From contig DAIDAM010000003.1 in assembly GCA_027310625.1 (NCBI GenBank), forward strand, positions 2,239 through 66,238: a DNA stretch of 64,000 nucleotides, given 5' to 3'. The stretch comes from a bacterium. GTDB taxonomy: Bacteria; Patescibacteriota; Minisyncoccia; UBA6257; 2-01-FULL-56-20. This document shows, one piece after another, positions 29,768 to 39,480 of the stretch; position 1 is the stretch's first letter, and each line of letters opens with the position of its first letter. The position numbers were made by a program, and so were the translations under genes. The notes under the pieces are model-generated. The model was not told where the DNA came from, made no database searches, and worked only from the letters and a program-made list of their open reading frames with translations.

Positions 29768-30241
29768 TTACGAATGGAAAAGTTTTTTACACTCGTCTCG
29801 CATAAAGTCTTTGACGATTTCAATTTTTCCCGGCGATTTCTTTACAATTTCCTTTGAAGATATTTTTATCGTGCGCCAACTATATCTCTGATTGCCGTGA
29901 TTTTTGCCATGGTCGTTCATGTCAGAAACCCTGCTGCCATAAACGATACCATTCAATTTCGCCCATACCGCGGCAGAAGAGCACATCGGGCAAGGTTCGT
30001 GAGTAGTATACAACACACAATCACTCATATGCCTCCGTTTAAGAACTTTACTAGCTTGCAGAATCGCCAATGTTTCTGCGTGGCCGATTGGATTTTCATC
30101 CCTAATGCTGCGATTGCTCGCCGATGAAATTATCCTGTTTCCTCTCGCCATCACGGCGCCGATTGCGTAATCGCCCATCCGCTTCGCGGCTTTAGCCTCG
30201 CGAATCGCTCTTTCCATAAACTTTTTCTGCGGTTTCAGCAT
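29768..30241 (-). CDS. Nucleoside/tRNA deaminase (TadA/guanine deaminase family)
   Basis: HAE and EPCPMC zinc-deaminase motifs. Confidence 0.88.
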   Translation of the reverse strand: MLKPQKKFMERAIREAKAAKRMGDYAIGAVMARGNRIISSASNRSIRDENPIGHAETLAILQASKVLKRRHMSDCVLYTTHEPCPMCSSAAVWAKLNGIVYGSRVSDMNDHGKNHGNQRYSWRTIKISSKEIVKKSPGKIEIVKDFMRDECKKLFHS

Positions 30242-30274
30242 AGTTATCAGTTATTAGTTATTGGTTATTGGTCA

Positions 30275-30994
30275 TCAAAATTTTAAGTACTTCTCCCATT
30301 TTTCATAAAGTTCTTTCGTCGCGTTTAAATCGCCGGCGTTATAGCGCGCTATTTCGGCGTATTTTTTTTCTTTGAAAAGTTTTCCGACATCGTCGCCGGT
30401 TATGCCGCCTGCCTTCGGGCTTGTTATGCCGAAAGCCCTCGTCCAAAGGTGGAGATTGCCTTTTCTCCGCACCGCGCCGTAAAAAGAAAGCTGGTCCAAA
30501 AGGTCAACATGGACGGCGTCGAAATTCTGCTGCGAAAAATATCTTCCGCGCATCAAATCTTTTGCGGGCCTGATGCTGTGCACCGCGGAACGGACCATCA
30601 AAAAAGGAATATCGAACGCCCTGCCGTTGAAAGTTATGAAGTAATTGTAATTCTTCGCGATATCCCAGAAATTCCGGAGCATCTCCTTTTCGGAACATTT
30701 TTTAAACGAAAAATTGTTTTCTCTGAAATCGCCGGCGTCGCTCTCCGGCGCCTGAAAATAAACCGCTCCTTCGTTTTTTTCACATTCAAGAACTCCTATC
30801 GCAACAACTTCCGCCGTAAGCGGCGAAAAGCCGAGACGATTTTTCAACTCGCTCAACGCTTCATCATAATCGGCATTGCTCTCCGATTCTTTCCTTATCC
30901 AGCGCGTGAGATTTTCCCTTGTCGCCTCATCAAGAGAATCAAAATCTTCCCCAACTGTTTCTATGTCCAAAACGAGTTTCTTAAAGGTTGACAT
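30275..30994 (-). CDS. PolB-like 3'-5' exonuclease (RNase H-like, DEDDy)
   Basis: DIET, TFNG..FDIPF, Y...D. Confidence 0.85.
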   Translation of the reverse strand: MSTFKKLVLDIETVGEDFDSLDEATRENLTRWIRKESESNADYDEALSELKNRLGFSPLTAEVVAIGVLECEKNEGAVYFQAPESDAGDFRENNFSFKKCSEKEMLRNFWDIAKNYNYFITFNGRAFDIPFLMVRSAVHSIRPAKDLMRGRYFSQQNFDAVHVDLLDQLSFYGAVRRKGNLHLWTRAFGITSPKAGGITGDDVGKLFKEKKYAEIARYNAGDLNATKELYEKWEKYLKF

Positions 30995-31120
30995 TCGTCT
31001 GAATTATATACTATAATCTTTTTTCATAAGTATCCATTAGTATCAACAAATATCGATGAGTATCATCTTTGATATTCGTAGATACTCGCTTCGCGATATT
31101 GATGGAAATTATCTCAAACT

Positions 31121-31393
31121 ATGGCTCACACAAAAAGTGGTGGTTCAACTAAATTAGGAAGGGACTCGGAAGCAAAACGCCTTGGCGTGAAAGTCCAGGA
31201 CGGCATGCCGGTACTTGCCGGACAAATAATAATACGCCAGCGCGGCACCAAATATTTTCCGGGAACAAACGTTTTGAGAGGCGCGGACGACACGCTTTAC
31301 GCCGCGCGCAATGGAAAAGTGAAATTCTACGAAAAGAATAAAACGAGATTTGACGCTTCGCGCCGAAAATCTACTTTTGTGAGCGTGGTGTAA
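31121..31393 (+). CDS. rpmA: 50S ribosomal protein L27
   Basis: [32 protein letters not shown]. Confidence 0.98.
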   Translation: MAHTKSGGSTKLGRDSEAKRLGVKVQDGMPVLAGQIIIRQRGTKYFPGTNVLRGADDTLYAARNGKVKFYEKNKTRFDASRRKSTFVSVV

Positions 31394-31404
31394 TGGTATA
31401 GTAT

Positions 31405-31854
31405 TTACTTTTCGGGGCGTAGTATAACTTTCAGTTCCGCAACTATCCCCTTCTTCAGACGGACTTCAATCTTGTGTTCGCCGAGTTCCTTGAGCGGCTT
31501 ATCAAGCTTTATTTCCACTCTTTCGGCGCGCACAAGCCCGGCGCCCCTTAAACCTTTGAGTATCATTTCTTTCGTAACCGAACCGAAAACTTCTCCTGAT
31601 TTTCCGGTTTTTATATCAAATTCCAGATAACGCTCTTTAAGATTTCTTGCGATTTCTTCAAGGCGTTTTTTTAATTCCCTGTTTTCCTTATCCGCTTCCG
31701 CTTTTTCTTTCTCCAGTTCCTTTAAGGAGCTTGGCGTAGCCGGTTTTGCAAGTTTGTTCGGAAAAAGAAAATTTCTCGCGTAGCCGTCAGCAACATTCTT
31801 GACTTCATCTTTTTTGCCGAGATTGCGGACGTCTTCAAGTAAAATTACCTGCAT
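31405..31854 (-). CDS. rplI: 50S ribosomal protein L9
   Basis: [28 protein letters not shown]. Confidence 0.97.
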   Translation of the reverse strand: MQVILLEDVRNLGKKDEVKNVADGYARNFLFPNKLAKPATPSSLKELEKEKAEADKENRELKKRLEEIARNLKERYLEFDIKTGKSGEVFGSVTKEMILKGLRGAGLVRAERVEIKLDKPLKELGEHKIEVRLKKGIVAELKVILRPEK

Positions 31855-31865
31855 AATTTTGTTTG

Positions 31866-31987
31866 AAAATCCTAAATTCTAAATCTGAAATCCGAAACAA
31901 ATTCTAAACACTAAATTCCAAATTGCAAACGTTTGGGATTTGGAATTTGTGATTTGTTTAGGATTTAGTGCTTCGAATTTCGGATTT
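31866..31987. repeat. Empty inverted heptamer array (AAATCCG/AAATTCT and reverse complement) overlapping the ctpA 3' end
   Basis: About 8 AAATyyn units followed by their reverse complements, forming a long imperfect palindrome. Confidence 0.8.
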
Positions 31988-33199
31988 GATAACTTCCAGT
32001 GCCTTGTCCAGCTGGGGGTCGCGTTTGTTTTTAACGTCGTCTTCCGTCATTTTAACCTCGAAATCGGGTGTCAAGCCGCCGTTTTCAAGCGACTTTCCGC
32101 TCGGCAAAACCCAGCGCGCTATCGTAAGCTTTACAGTAGAGCCCTCCGACAGCGGTATAACCTGCTGAACCGTTCCCTTGCCGAAACTTTTTTCGCCAAC
32201 CAGTTTCACTCTCCTGTTGTCGCGGAGCGCTCCGGCGATGATTTCAGAGGCCGAGGCGGAACCGCCGTTTATCAGGACAACAACCGGAACATCGGAAAGC
32301 GCTTCGTTGCCGACAGCGCGGAAATCTTTCTTGCCTTCCTCTTTTGACTCTTCACTCACTATCAAAGCTCCTCTCTTCAAAAACCATCCGCCCAAATCAA
32401 CGGCGACTTCAAGATATCCGCCGGGGTTGTTGCGAAGATCCAAAATTACTCCTTTCGCGCCTTCGGAAGCAAGTTTGTAAACAGCATTGTAGAAAAGATA
32501 ACCGGTGTTCGCGTTGAAACTGTAGAGCTGAATGTACGCCACATTTCCGTCTTTCATTGAAAAATCGAGGGTCGGCACCGTTATCGTGTCGCGGATTATT
32601 TCAAAGTCCTTCGATTTCTCCCAGCCCTCGCGGATTATTGAAAGCGTCACCTTCGTTCCTTGCGGACCGCGTATCAGTCGCACCGCCTCATCAACCGACA
32701 TTCCTTCCGTTGAGGTTGAATTTATCGCAAGTATGATGTCGCCCGCCGTTATCCCGGCCCTCATCGCGGGGGTGTCCTTAAGCGGAGCGACTACGACGAT
32801 GTTGTTTTTCTTTGAACCGATTTCGGCTCCTATGCCGCCGAAGCTTCCCTGAACGTCCTCCTGGAATTTTTTGTTGTCTTTCGGGGAGAGGAAAACGGAA
32901 TAAGGGTCTTTCAGCGATTGAACAAGACCGCTTATTGCTCCGTAGACCTTGTCCTGGGGCGATATTTTGTCGGCTCCGATGTAGCTTTTATTTATCACGT
33001 CCCACGTCTGCCAGAAAGTGCCGAAATTCACGGAGGACGGTTGTCCCGCGGACGTATTGCTGACTTCGGTAACGGTTATGTTTTGCGGGTACATTTTCCC
33101 CAAACTGAAACCGGCGGCAAAACCGCTTCCCAAAAGAGCGGCTCCGGCAATAACCCCCAATCCCCACCAGATCGCTTTGTCCCTTAAAAATTTCTTCAT
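31958..33199 (-). CDS. ctpA: Carboxyl-terminal processing protease, S41 family with PDZ domain
   Basis: DPYS, GGIGAEI, DLRNNPGG, SASASEI, GKGTVQ. Confidence 0.93.
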   Translation of the reverse strand: MKKFLRDKAIWWGLGVIAGAALLGSGFAAGFSLGKMYPQNITVTEVSNTSAGQPSSVNFGTFWQTWDVINKSYIGADKISPQDKVYGAISGLVQSLKDPYSVFLSPKDNKKFQEDVQGSFGGIGAEIGSKKNNIVVVAPLKDTPAMRAGITAGDIILAINSTSTEGMSVDEAVRLIRGPQGTKVTLSIIREGWEKSKDFEIIRDTITVPTLDFSMKDGNVAYIQLYSFNANTGYLFYNAVYKLASEGAKGVILDLRNNPGGYLEVAVDLGGWFLKRGALIVSEESKEEGKKDFRAVGNEALSDVPVVVLINGGSASASEIIAGALRDNRRVKLVGEKSFGKGTVQQVIPLSEGSTVKLTIARWVLPSGKSLENGGLTPDFEVKMTEDDVKNKRDPQLDKALEVIKSEIRSTKS

Positions 33200-33246
33200 T
33201 GCTCTCTATTCAAACGCAAGAACTTAATTGTACACTGCGTGAAAAA

Positions 33247-33798
33247 CTATTGCAAAAAATCCCAGTTCCCCATTTTGAAATATTCCGCACCGCTTCGTTT
33301 CAGAACTGATTCAAATAAATCAATGCTTTCCGGCTCGAACCGCACTTCAAAAGGCGACTCCGTTTTTTTGCGCGGTTGCGCCACCGGAAAGCGGGCGATT
33401 GTAACATGACCGTTGAATTTCCTGGATTCCTGCGCGAATTTTATCCCTTTCTCCGCCATCGCTTTCTCCAAAAATTCTTTAATTTCCAAGAGAATTTGCG
33501 ATGTTTTTTCGCTTGTCGTCAGCCAAATCATCCGCGGGGTTCTTCCGGGAGGGCCGAGCTCGAACCTGTCAAAAACTATTTCCGGCGGTTTGAAATTCTC
33601 CGCCGTTTCGCGGACGGCGTCAGTTATTTTCGGAATTTCGCCGTCATCCTGCGCGCCCAAAAAAGAAAGGGTTATGTGCAAGTTTTTTCCTGCAATAAAG
33701 CGAGCGTGGTCACCGAAGTTAATCTTTACAATTTCACTTTCTACTTTTTTCTTAATCCAATCCGGTAAATCCACGCCCACGAACAATCTTTTCTTCAT
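33247..33798 (-). CDS. thpR: RNA 2',3'-cyclic phosphodiesterase (2H family)
   Basis: HITL and HVTI motifs; RLFVG N-terminus. Confidence 0.9.
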   Translation of the reverse strand: MKKRLFVGVDLPDWIKKKVESEIVKINFGDHARFIAGKNLHITLSFLGAQDDGEIPKITDAVRETAENFKPPEIVFDRFELGPPGRTPRMIWLTTSEKTSQILLEIKEFLEKAMAEKGIKFAQESRKFNGHVTIARFPVAQPRKKTESPFEVRFEPESIDLFESVLKRSGAEYFKMGNWDFLQ

Positions 33799-33863
33799 TT
33801 CTAAATGATATTATTTACGGCCGAAAAATTGAAATTTATCGCTAAAAATCATAGAGTTTACGG

Positions 33864-34145
33864 ATGGGGCTTAAGGAAAATTACCTTAAAGAACTCAAAA
33901 AAAGGGCTGCGGAATCGAGAGTTTATAAAAAATATCAGCTCTTCGGACTTGAAATCGCTTCGCTTCTCGGAGACGAAAAACACAAATCGCTTTACATAAA
34001 ACTTGCGAAAGAAAACAACCCGGAAAAACTCTTGGGTATAGCCAAAAAAATCTCTGAAAACAAGAATGTAAAAAACAAAGGAGCGTATTTTATGACAATT
34101 GTTAAGACATCAGTCATCAGACACAAGACACCAGGGAGAAAATGA
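33864..34145 (+). CDS. Hypothetical protein
   Basis: Helical ORF with KNKGAYF motif; C-terminus encoded by a heptamer array; ATGA overlap with next gene. Confidence 0.65.
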   Translation: MGLKENYLKELKKRAAESRVYKKYQLFGLEIASLLGDEKHKSLYIKLAKENNPEKLLGIAKKISENKNVKNKGAYFMTIVKTSVIRHKTPGRK

Positions 34146-34516
34146 GCAAAATAAAATCTTTTCAGGAATTGAAAGTTTGGCAGGACGCGCACAAATTTAC
34201 GATTCTCATTTATAAAATAACAGAGAAGTTTCCCGCCAGCGAACAATTTGGACTAACCCTACAATTAAGACGCTCGGCGTCGTCAATCGGCGCGAACATT
34301 GCCGAAGGATTTGGAAGATATCACTACAGAGAGAAAGTAAAGTTTTATCTAAACGCGAGAGGTTCAGCAGTTGAATCAGAAAATCATATTTTGCTTGCGA
34401 GAGATTTAAAATACACAACAACAATCGAATACGAAGCACTGCATGAGTTAATAAAAGAAATATTGAGAGAATTGAACGGCTTAATAAATTCAACCGGTAA
34501 AACTCGTAACGATTGA
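34142..34516 (+). CDS. Four-helix bundle protein (23S rRNA IVP / Avd-like)
   Basis: F.EL.VWQ.A, FP..E.FGL..QLRRSA.SI.ANIAEG. Confidence 0.92.
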   Translation: MSKIKSFQELKVWQDAHKFTILIYKITEKFPASEQFGLTLQLRRSASSIGANIAEGFGRYHYREKVKFYLNARGSAVESENHILLARDLKYTTTIEYEALHELIKEILRELNGLINSTGKTRND

Positions 34517-34565
34517 TGTTTTATACTTCTGATTACTGATGTCTAGTTACTGATTACTGATCATC

Positions 34566-35135
34566 ATGGATAAAATAGTCACAATAGAAAATAAAAAGGA
34601 CGAAAAATTTCTTCGCGAGAAAACGAAGAATTTTGACTTCGAAAAATTCAACAGAAAAGAAATAAATTCGCTGGTGGAAGGGATGAGGAAAGCGATGAAA
34701 ACGGCGAACGGCATAGGATTGAGCGCAAACCAAATCGGATTGGACATGCGCGTTTTCGTCGCCCAGATACAAAAAACCGACAGAATAGGCAAGGCGCGGC
34801 ATCTTTCGGCGGGAGAACAGAAATTTTACGCAATTTTCAATCCCGAAATAATAAAATCATCCGGAGAAAAAACGAAATCAGAGGAAGGATGTTTGAGCAT
34901 TCCCGGCTTTTATGGCGAAGTTGAAAGACCGGAGAAAATAACACTTGTCGGCATGGATAAAAACGGAAGGAAAATAAAAATAAACGCCTGGGGACTGCTC
35001 GCAAGAGTGTTCCAGCACGAAATGGACCACCTGAACGGCAAGCTGTTTATAGATAGGGCGAAAAAAGTTTATCATGTCCCGACTTCCGAGCGGTTAAAAG
35101 AGTATCAAGAATCAAGAAATATGAAGCATGAATGA
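34566..35135 (+). CDS. def: Peptide deformylase
   Basis: GIGLSANQIG, EGCLS, QHEMDH. Confidence 0.96.
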   Translation: MDKIVTIENKKDEKFLREKTKNFDFEKFNRKEINSLVEGMRKAMKTANGIGLSANQIGLDMRVFVAQIQKTDRIGKARHLSAGEQKFYAIFNPEIIKSSGEKTKSEEGCLSIPGFYGEVERPEKITLVGMDKNGRKIKINAWGLLARVFQHEMDHLNGKLFIDRAKKVYHVPTSERLKEYQESRNMKHE

Positions 35136-35514
35136 AAATTCCAAAAAAATAAAAAATTTTACAGACCTGATTGCTTGGCAGGAAGCCCAAAAATTGATCC
35201 TGAGAATATACAAAATAACCAAAAATTTTCCGAGAGAAGAGCGATATTCTTTAACAGACCAAATAAGAAGAGCAGCAATTTCTGTTACGTCAAATATAGC
35301 TGAAGGATTCTCACGTAATTCCTACAAAGAAAAAATTTATTTCTATTCCATAGCGCAAGGTTCTTTAACAGAATTGCAGAATCAACTAATTCTCAGCAAA
35401 GATCTTGGATACCTCTCTAATAGTGATTTTGATGAAATTTTTGCGCACTCTGTTTCAACGCATAAGCTTATAAATGGATTAATAAAAGGAGCAAGAAAGA
35501 TTTCTCTTGCATGA
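35128..35514 (+). CDS. Four-helix bundle protein (23S rRNA IVP / Avd-like), second copy
   Basis: FTDLIAWQEA, FP.EE.YSL.DQIRRAA.S..SNIAEG. Confidence 0.92.
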   Translation: MNENSKKIKNFTDLIAWQEAQKLILRIYKITKNFPREERYSLTDQIRRAAISVTSNIAEGFSRNSYKEKIYFYSIAQGSLTELQNQLILSKDLGYLSNSDFDEIFAHSVSTHKLINGLIKGARKISLA

Positions 35515-35524
35515 TTCTTGATTC

Positions 35525-36448
35525 ATGATTCTTAATTCTCGATTTGTTTTCTTCGGCACGCCGGAATTTGCCGCAACAATCCTTGAAAAGCTGATAAGTT
35601 CCGGATTTGTTCCGGAGGCGGTTGTCTGCAACCCCGACCGCCCCGTCGGCAGGAAGAAGGTTATCACTCCCCCGCCGGTGAAACTGCTAATTATGAAGCA
35701 GGAAGCAAGAATCAAGAAGCAAGTTAAAATTTTTCAGCCAGAAAAATTAGATAAACAATTTCTTGATTCATTATTCTTGATTCATGATTCTTTTGATTTT
35801 TTTGTCGTTGCCGCCTATTCCCAAATTCTCCCTAAAGAAATAATCGAAATACCGCGGCTCGGAACAATCGGCGTCCATCCTTCGCTTCTGCCGAAATACC
35901 GCGGCGCCTCCCCCATCCAAGGCGCGATACTGAACGGAGAAAAGGAAACAGGCGTAACGCTTTATTTGATGGACGAGAAAACGGACCATGGGAAAATAGT
36001 ATCAAGTATCAGGTATCAAGTATCAGGGAATGAGAATTACAAAACATTGGAAAAAGAACTTGCGGAACTCGCGGGAAATCTGCTTGTGGAAACGTTGCCG
36101 AAATTCATCAAAGGAGAAATAAAACCCGTGCCGCAGGACGAATCAAAGGCGACCTACACGAAAAAATTCACGACTGAAGACGCGTTCATTGATGAAAAAA
36201 CTCTGGAAGAAGCGCTAAACGGAGAAAATGAAGAAACGGCTGAAAAAATCTATCGCAAAATTCTGGCTCTCAATCCCGAGCCGGGAACATGGACGTATGC
36301 GCGAGCACTGGAACATTCCAACGTTCTTGAGAATGTTGGAATGTCGTCTTCCGGCAAACGGATTAAGATTTTGGAGGCAAAAATTGAAAACGGAAAACTT
36401 GTTCTGAAAAAAATCCAGATTGAAGGAGAAAAACCCAAAGCCGTTTAG
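35525..36448 (+). CDS. fmt: Methionyl-tRNA formyltransferase
   Basis: FFGTPEFA, PDRPVGR, HPSLLPKYRGASP, GVTL; carries three repeat-derived inserts. Confidence 0.94.
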   Translation: MILNSRFVFFGTPEFAATILEKLISSGFVPEAVVCNPDRPVGRKKVITPPPVKLLIMKQEARIKKQVKIFQPEKLDKQFLDSLFLIHDSFDFFVVAAYSQILPKEIIEIPRLGTIGVHPSLLPKYRGASPIQGAILNGEKETGVTLYLMDEKTDHGKIVSSIRYQVSGNENYKTLEKELAELAGNLLVETLPKFIKGEIKPVPQDESKATYTKKFTTEDAFIDEKTLEEALNGENEETAEKIYRKILALNPEPGTWTYARALEHSNVLENVGMSSSGKRIKILEAKIENGKLVLKKIQIEGEKPKAV

Positions 36449-38544
36449 CCGCGTCCCGATTCTTCCTCAACTTCCCAAACCTCTTTGCCGATATAGCGGC
36501 TGACCGCGTCCAGGTCCTTCATAAGTTTTTCTTCGCGGAGTTTTTCCTCCACGGAAATTTCTTTGCTCAATTTCACCTTGCGGATGACATTAAGTTCCGC
36601 TTCTATGTCGCGCTTCAAAATGGAAAACCCGCGGCGAACTGACTCTTCCGCTTCCTTAAGCATCGCATTGAGCCGGCGTTTCTTAACGTTGTAGTGATAA
36701 GCATGATAGACGGTGTAGGCGAGCAAACCGAGGAATGCAACAATGAATATGATGAAGAGAACGAGGTAAAGGTTCTCGAAACTCAAGCGCTTGCCGCCTA
36801 TTTGTATCGCCGTCTTCGCGACCGAAAGGTCCACTCGCGGGCTCGGCGGACTCACGCTGTCGCCATTCTGCAGCTGTGTCCAGGCGATATACTTGCCGGC
36901 GTCAAAGAATTTGGGGAAGGAGAAAAACCACGAACCGTCTTTGTCGGTCGTCGCCGTCTCCCCTATTGTGCTGCCGGTCTCCAGATTCTGAAGATAAATG
37001 AGAACTTTCGCCTGCGGAATTCCGGCGTTGCCGCCGATGTAAAGAATCTCGTCGTTCGAAATCGCCTGCGGGAAGAGAGTGACCACGGGCGGCTGCAGCG
37101 GAACGTTGTCTGTCGCCTGTGATTGCGATTGCGCGGCTTTCGCGGGAATGCCGGCGAACATCGAAAGCGAAAAGACGATTGCGAAGATGAGCGCTATCGC
37201 CAAATGTCTCCCGCCATATCCTTTGAATCTTTCCCTCATTTTTTTCAATTCTTCCAGTCCCGGAAGAATCGAGGGATGCTTCAGGCCGCCGTGCGCGAGG
37301 TGCTCTTCGATTTCGCGGTGCCGTTCCCAAAGCAGTTTCGCGAAATAGAAAAGTCCGATGAGAATTACGGCGCCGAGCGGCAGGGCGTAAATCCAGGGAA
37401 TGACGTATTCTCCTATGCCGATTCCTTCCAAATAAATAAATTCGAAGAATAGTTTTGTGATTGTCAGGTTTTGTTCCGTCTGATAATAGTTTCCCGCTTT
37501 GTCGTAGGCTTTGACGATGACTTTATAGCGTCCTTCGTCCAAATTGCGCGAATAAGGAGGCGCGGCCTCTATGAAAAACGGATTATTTCCCTGCGACGCG
37601 AGAGCGAGCTGTTTGTCGAGAGACGTGATGTTAAGTTCGTAATGGTCGATTCCGGAGGCGGCGTCGGTGGTTGCAAAATCGATAATCGGCCTGCGGTTGG
37701 AAGTTTGCCTGCTCGGCGAAATGTTTACTTTGAAAGACGCCGGCGGCGTGTTGTCCACATTTATGATGTAATCCGTTATTCCACCCCAGCTGCCGCTTCT
37801 CAGCGTTTTGATATGAAAATAGTAAACGCCGTCTGCTAAATTGTTGTACACTGCTCTCGTCTTAATACCTTCGGGAACATCGTCCACATCCGTAACAGGA
37901 TTCTGGTCGAGAATGTAACTGTAACCCTCGATATCCGGCGGGGAAGTCCATTCTAAAGAAACGGTTTTGGTGTTGTACCATTTTTCCTGGTCGGGGTTGG
38001 TTCTCGACGTGACTATCGGGCCAGCGGGCGGCGGCAGCGTGAGATAATAAACGCCGTCGGTCATTTGACCGAGAACGTTCGTGCCGCGGCCGTCGTTCAA
38101 AAGCACGCGCGAACTGTCGGAAAATTTCAAAACCGCCGTCCCGATGCTCTTTACGCGGAAAGTGACAGTTGAAATCAGTCCACCGTCGGTATTCAGCCCC
38201 GGCGCCGGTATCGCGCCCTGAAAATTAAGCGTGCCGTTCAGATTATCGTAAGACGGTTGGTTGACCCAGACCTGTATGGAAGACCTGCCCGCCGTAGGCG
38301 AAGCAACCTGCAGTTTATCCGGCGGAAAAGTGAGATTGGCTTCGACGGCGTTGACCGACTGCCCTCCCGTATCCACGTAAATGGAAACGGAAAAAGTGCT
38401 CCCGCTCGTGAAACTTCCGCTCGCCGGTGAAACGTAAAGCGAAGCGGCGGCATTCGCTCCTGACGGCGAAATAAAAAAACCGACGAAAAGGGCGCTTACC
38501 AAAACAACGGAAAAACGACAGGTTTTTGTCTGTTTATCCATCAC
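36445..38544 (-). CDS. Membrane-anchored cohesin-domain and Ig-like surface protein
   Basis: N-terminal SLYVSP...FSVSIYVDT..QSVNAVEANLTFP...VTFRVK..GTA.L.F...VLLNDG.G (cohesin-like); DNTPP Ig repeats; TM segments. Confidence 0.75.
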   Translation of the reverse strand: MMDKQTKTCRFSVVLVSALFVGFFISPSGANAAASLYVSPASGSFTSGSTFSVSIYVDTGGQSVNAVEANLTFPPDKLQVASPTAGRSSIQVWVNQPSYDNLNGTLNFQGAIPAPGLNTDGGLISTVTFRVKSIGTAVLKFSDSSRVLLNDGRGTNVLGQMTDGVYYLTLPPPAGPIVTSRTNPDQEKWYNTKTVSLEWTSPPDIEGYSYILDQNPVTDVDDVPEGIKTRAVYNNLADGVYYFHIKTLRSGSWGGITDYIINVDNTPPASFKVNISPSRQTSNRRPIIDFATTDAASGIDHYELNITSLDKQLALASQGNNPFFIEAAPPYSRNLDEGRYKVIVKAYDKAGNYYQTEQNLTITKLFFEFIYLEGIGIGEYVIPWIYALPLGAVILIGLFYFAKLLWERHREIEEHLAHGGLKHPSILPGLEELKKMRERFKGYGGRHLAIALIFAIVFSLSMFAGIPAKAAQSQSQATDNVPLQPPVVTLFPQAISNDEILYIGGNAGIPQAKVLIYLQNLETGSTIGETATTDKDGSWFFSFPKFFDAGKYIAWTQLQNGDSVSPPSPRVDLSVAKTAIQIGGKRLSFENLYLVLFIIFIVAFLGLLAYTVYHAYHYNVKKRRLNAMLKEAEESVRRGFSILKRDIEAELNVIRKVKLSKEISVEEKLREEKLMKDLDAVSRYIGKEVWEVEEESGRG

Positions 38545-38574
38545 AATTATTATAACATTCTTGTTTTCGCGTTT

Positions 38575-39441
38575 TTATTTTGTTTTATAAAACCTTCCAA
38601 AAAAGAAAATAAACGAAAAAACAATAAGCACAACCAGCAAGGTTATCCCCGGCCCCCGGATAAACGCTTTCCAGTCATAGGCAGCCACGAGAGCGACATT
38701 GCCTTTATTGTCGGAAGCTGAAATTTCAACTGCCCAGACATTTTTCCCGACGGCGGCAGGATTGGTTATCTCCTGCCAATCCGTCCACAAAAACCAATTT
38801 TTCAGACGACCGCGAATTTCCTTGACGCCCGAGCCGGCGTCTTTGACGAGGAAACCGACTAGTTTTTGTTCCGGATTCAACGGGTCGGCGCTTAGAGAAA
38901 GCTCCTTTATTTCTGGCGGGGTTTTGTCGGTGACGCCCGATTCGCTTGCAAGATACTCTGAAGTTGACTTGGTAAGAACAATTGGCGCGGGTTCGACGAT
39001 TGGAGTATACTCCGTCCCCTTTCCGTCATTTACATAAACAAGCGGGTTTATAAACGAAAGCTCAATTTTCCCTTCTTTAAGAACTTGGAATCGCGCGATG
39101 ATTATCTCTCCGCCGCCGCCGCTGAACGGCGTTATGCTTACTCCGGCAAGCGCTATCGCCCCGCTTTCCGAAAAAGCAGGTCTTGTCTGCCATACGCTTA
39201 TAATGGAACGGCTGTCATCAAAGGAAACAATCTTAATCTTGTCCGCGGGAAAAGAAATGCCCAAAGAATACCCGTTCAACGGAGAATCGGAGTCAATCAA
39301 TGCCTTGACGGAAATTTCGGAACCGACGGCGGCAGACTCGGGAGCCGAAAAATAAACTTTTGTTGAAGAAGCGTCGGCGAAATGTGAAGAAACAAAGAAA
39401 GTCAGTGCGGATATAAGGATGATTAAATTTGTTTTTTTCAT
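38575..39441 (-). CDS. Cohesin-domain protein with C-terminal TM anchor
   Basis: Signal peptide, cohesin-like beta sandwich (NDGKGT), DKTPPE, C-terminal TM. Confidence 0.7.
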   Translation of the reverse strand: MKKTNLIILISALTFFVSSHFADASSTKVYFSAPESAAVGSEISVKALIDSDSPLNGYSLGISFPADKIKIVSFDDSRSIISVWQTRPAFSESGAIALAGVSITPFSGGGGEIIIARFQVLKEGKIELSFINPLVYVNDGKGTEYTPIVEPAPIVLTKSTSEYLASESGVTDKTPPEIKELSLSADPLNPEQKLVGFLVKDAGSGVKEIRGRLKNWFLWTDWQEITNPAAVGKNVWAVEISASDNKGNVALVAAYDWKAFIRGPGITLLVVLIVFSFIFFFGRFYKTK

Positions 39442-39480
39442 TTTTTCTAATTTCCAGATTCTAGTTTCCAGATTCTATTT

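Noticed and set aside
34142-35514. Diversity-generating retroelement suggested by Avd-like genes
   Set aside because: No reverse transcriptase and no TR/VR pair differing only at adenines was seen. The 41276/42104 repeat differs at all base types.
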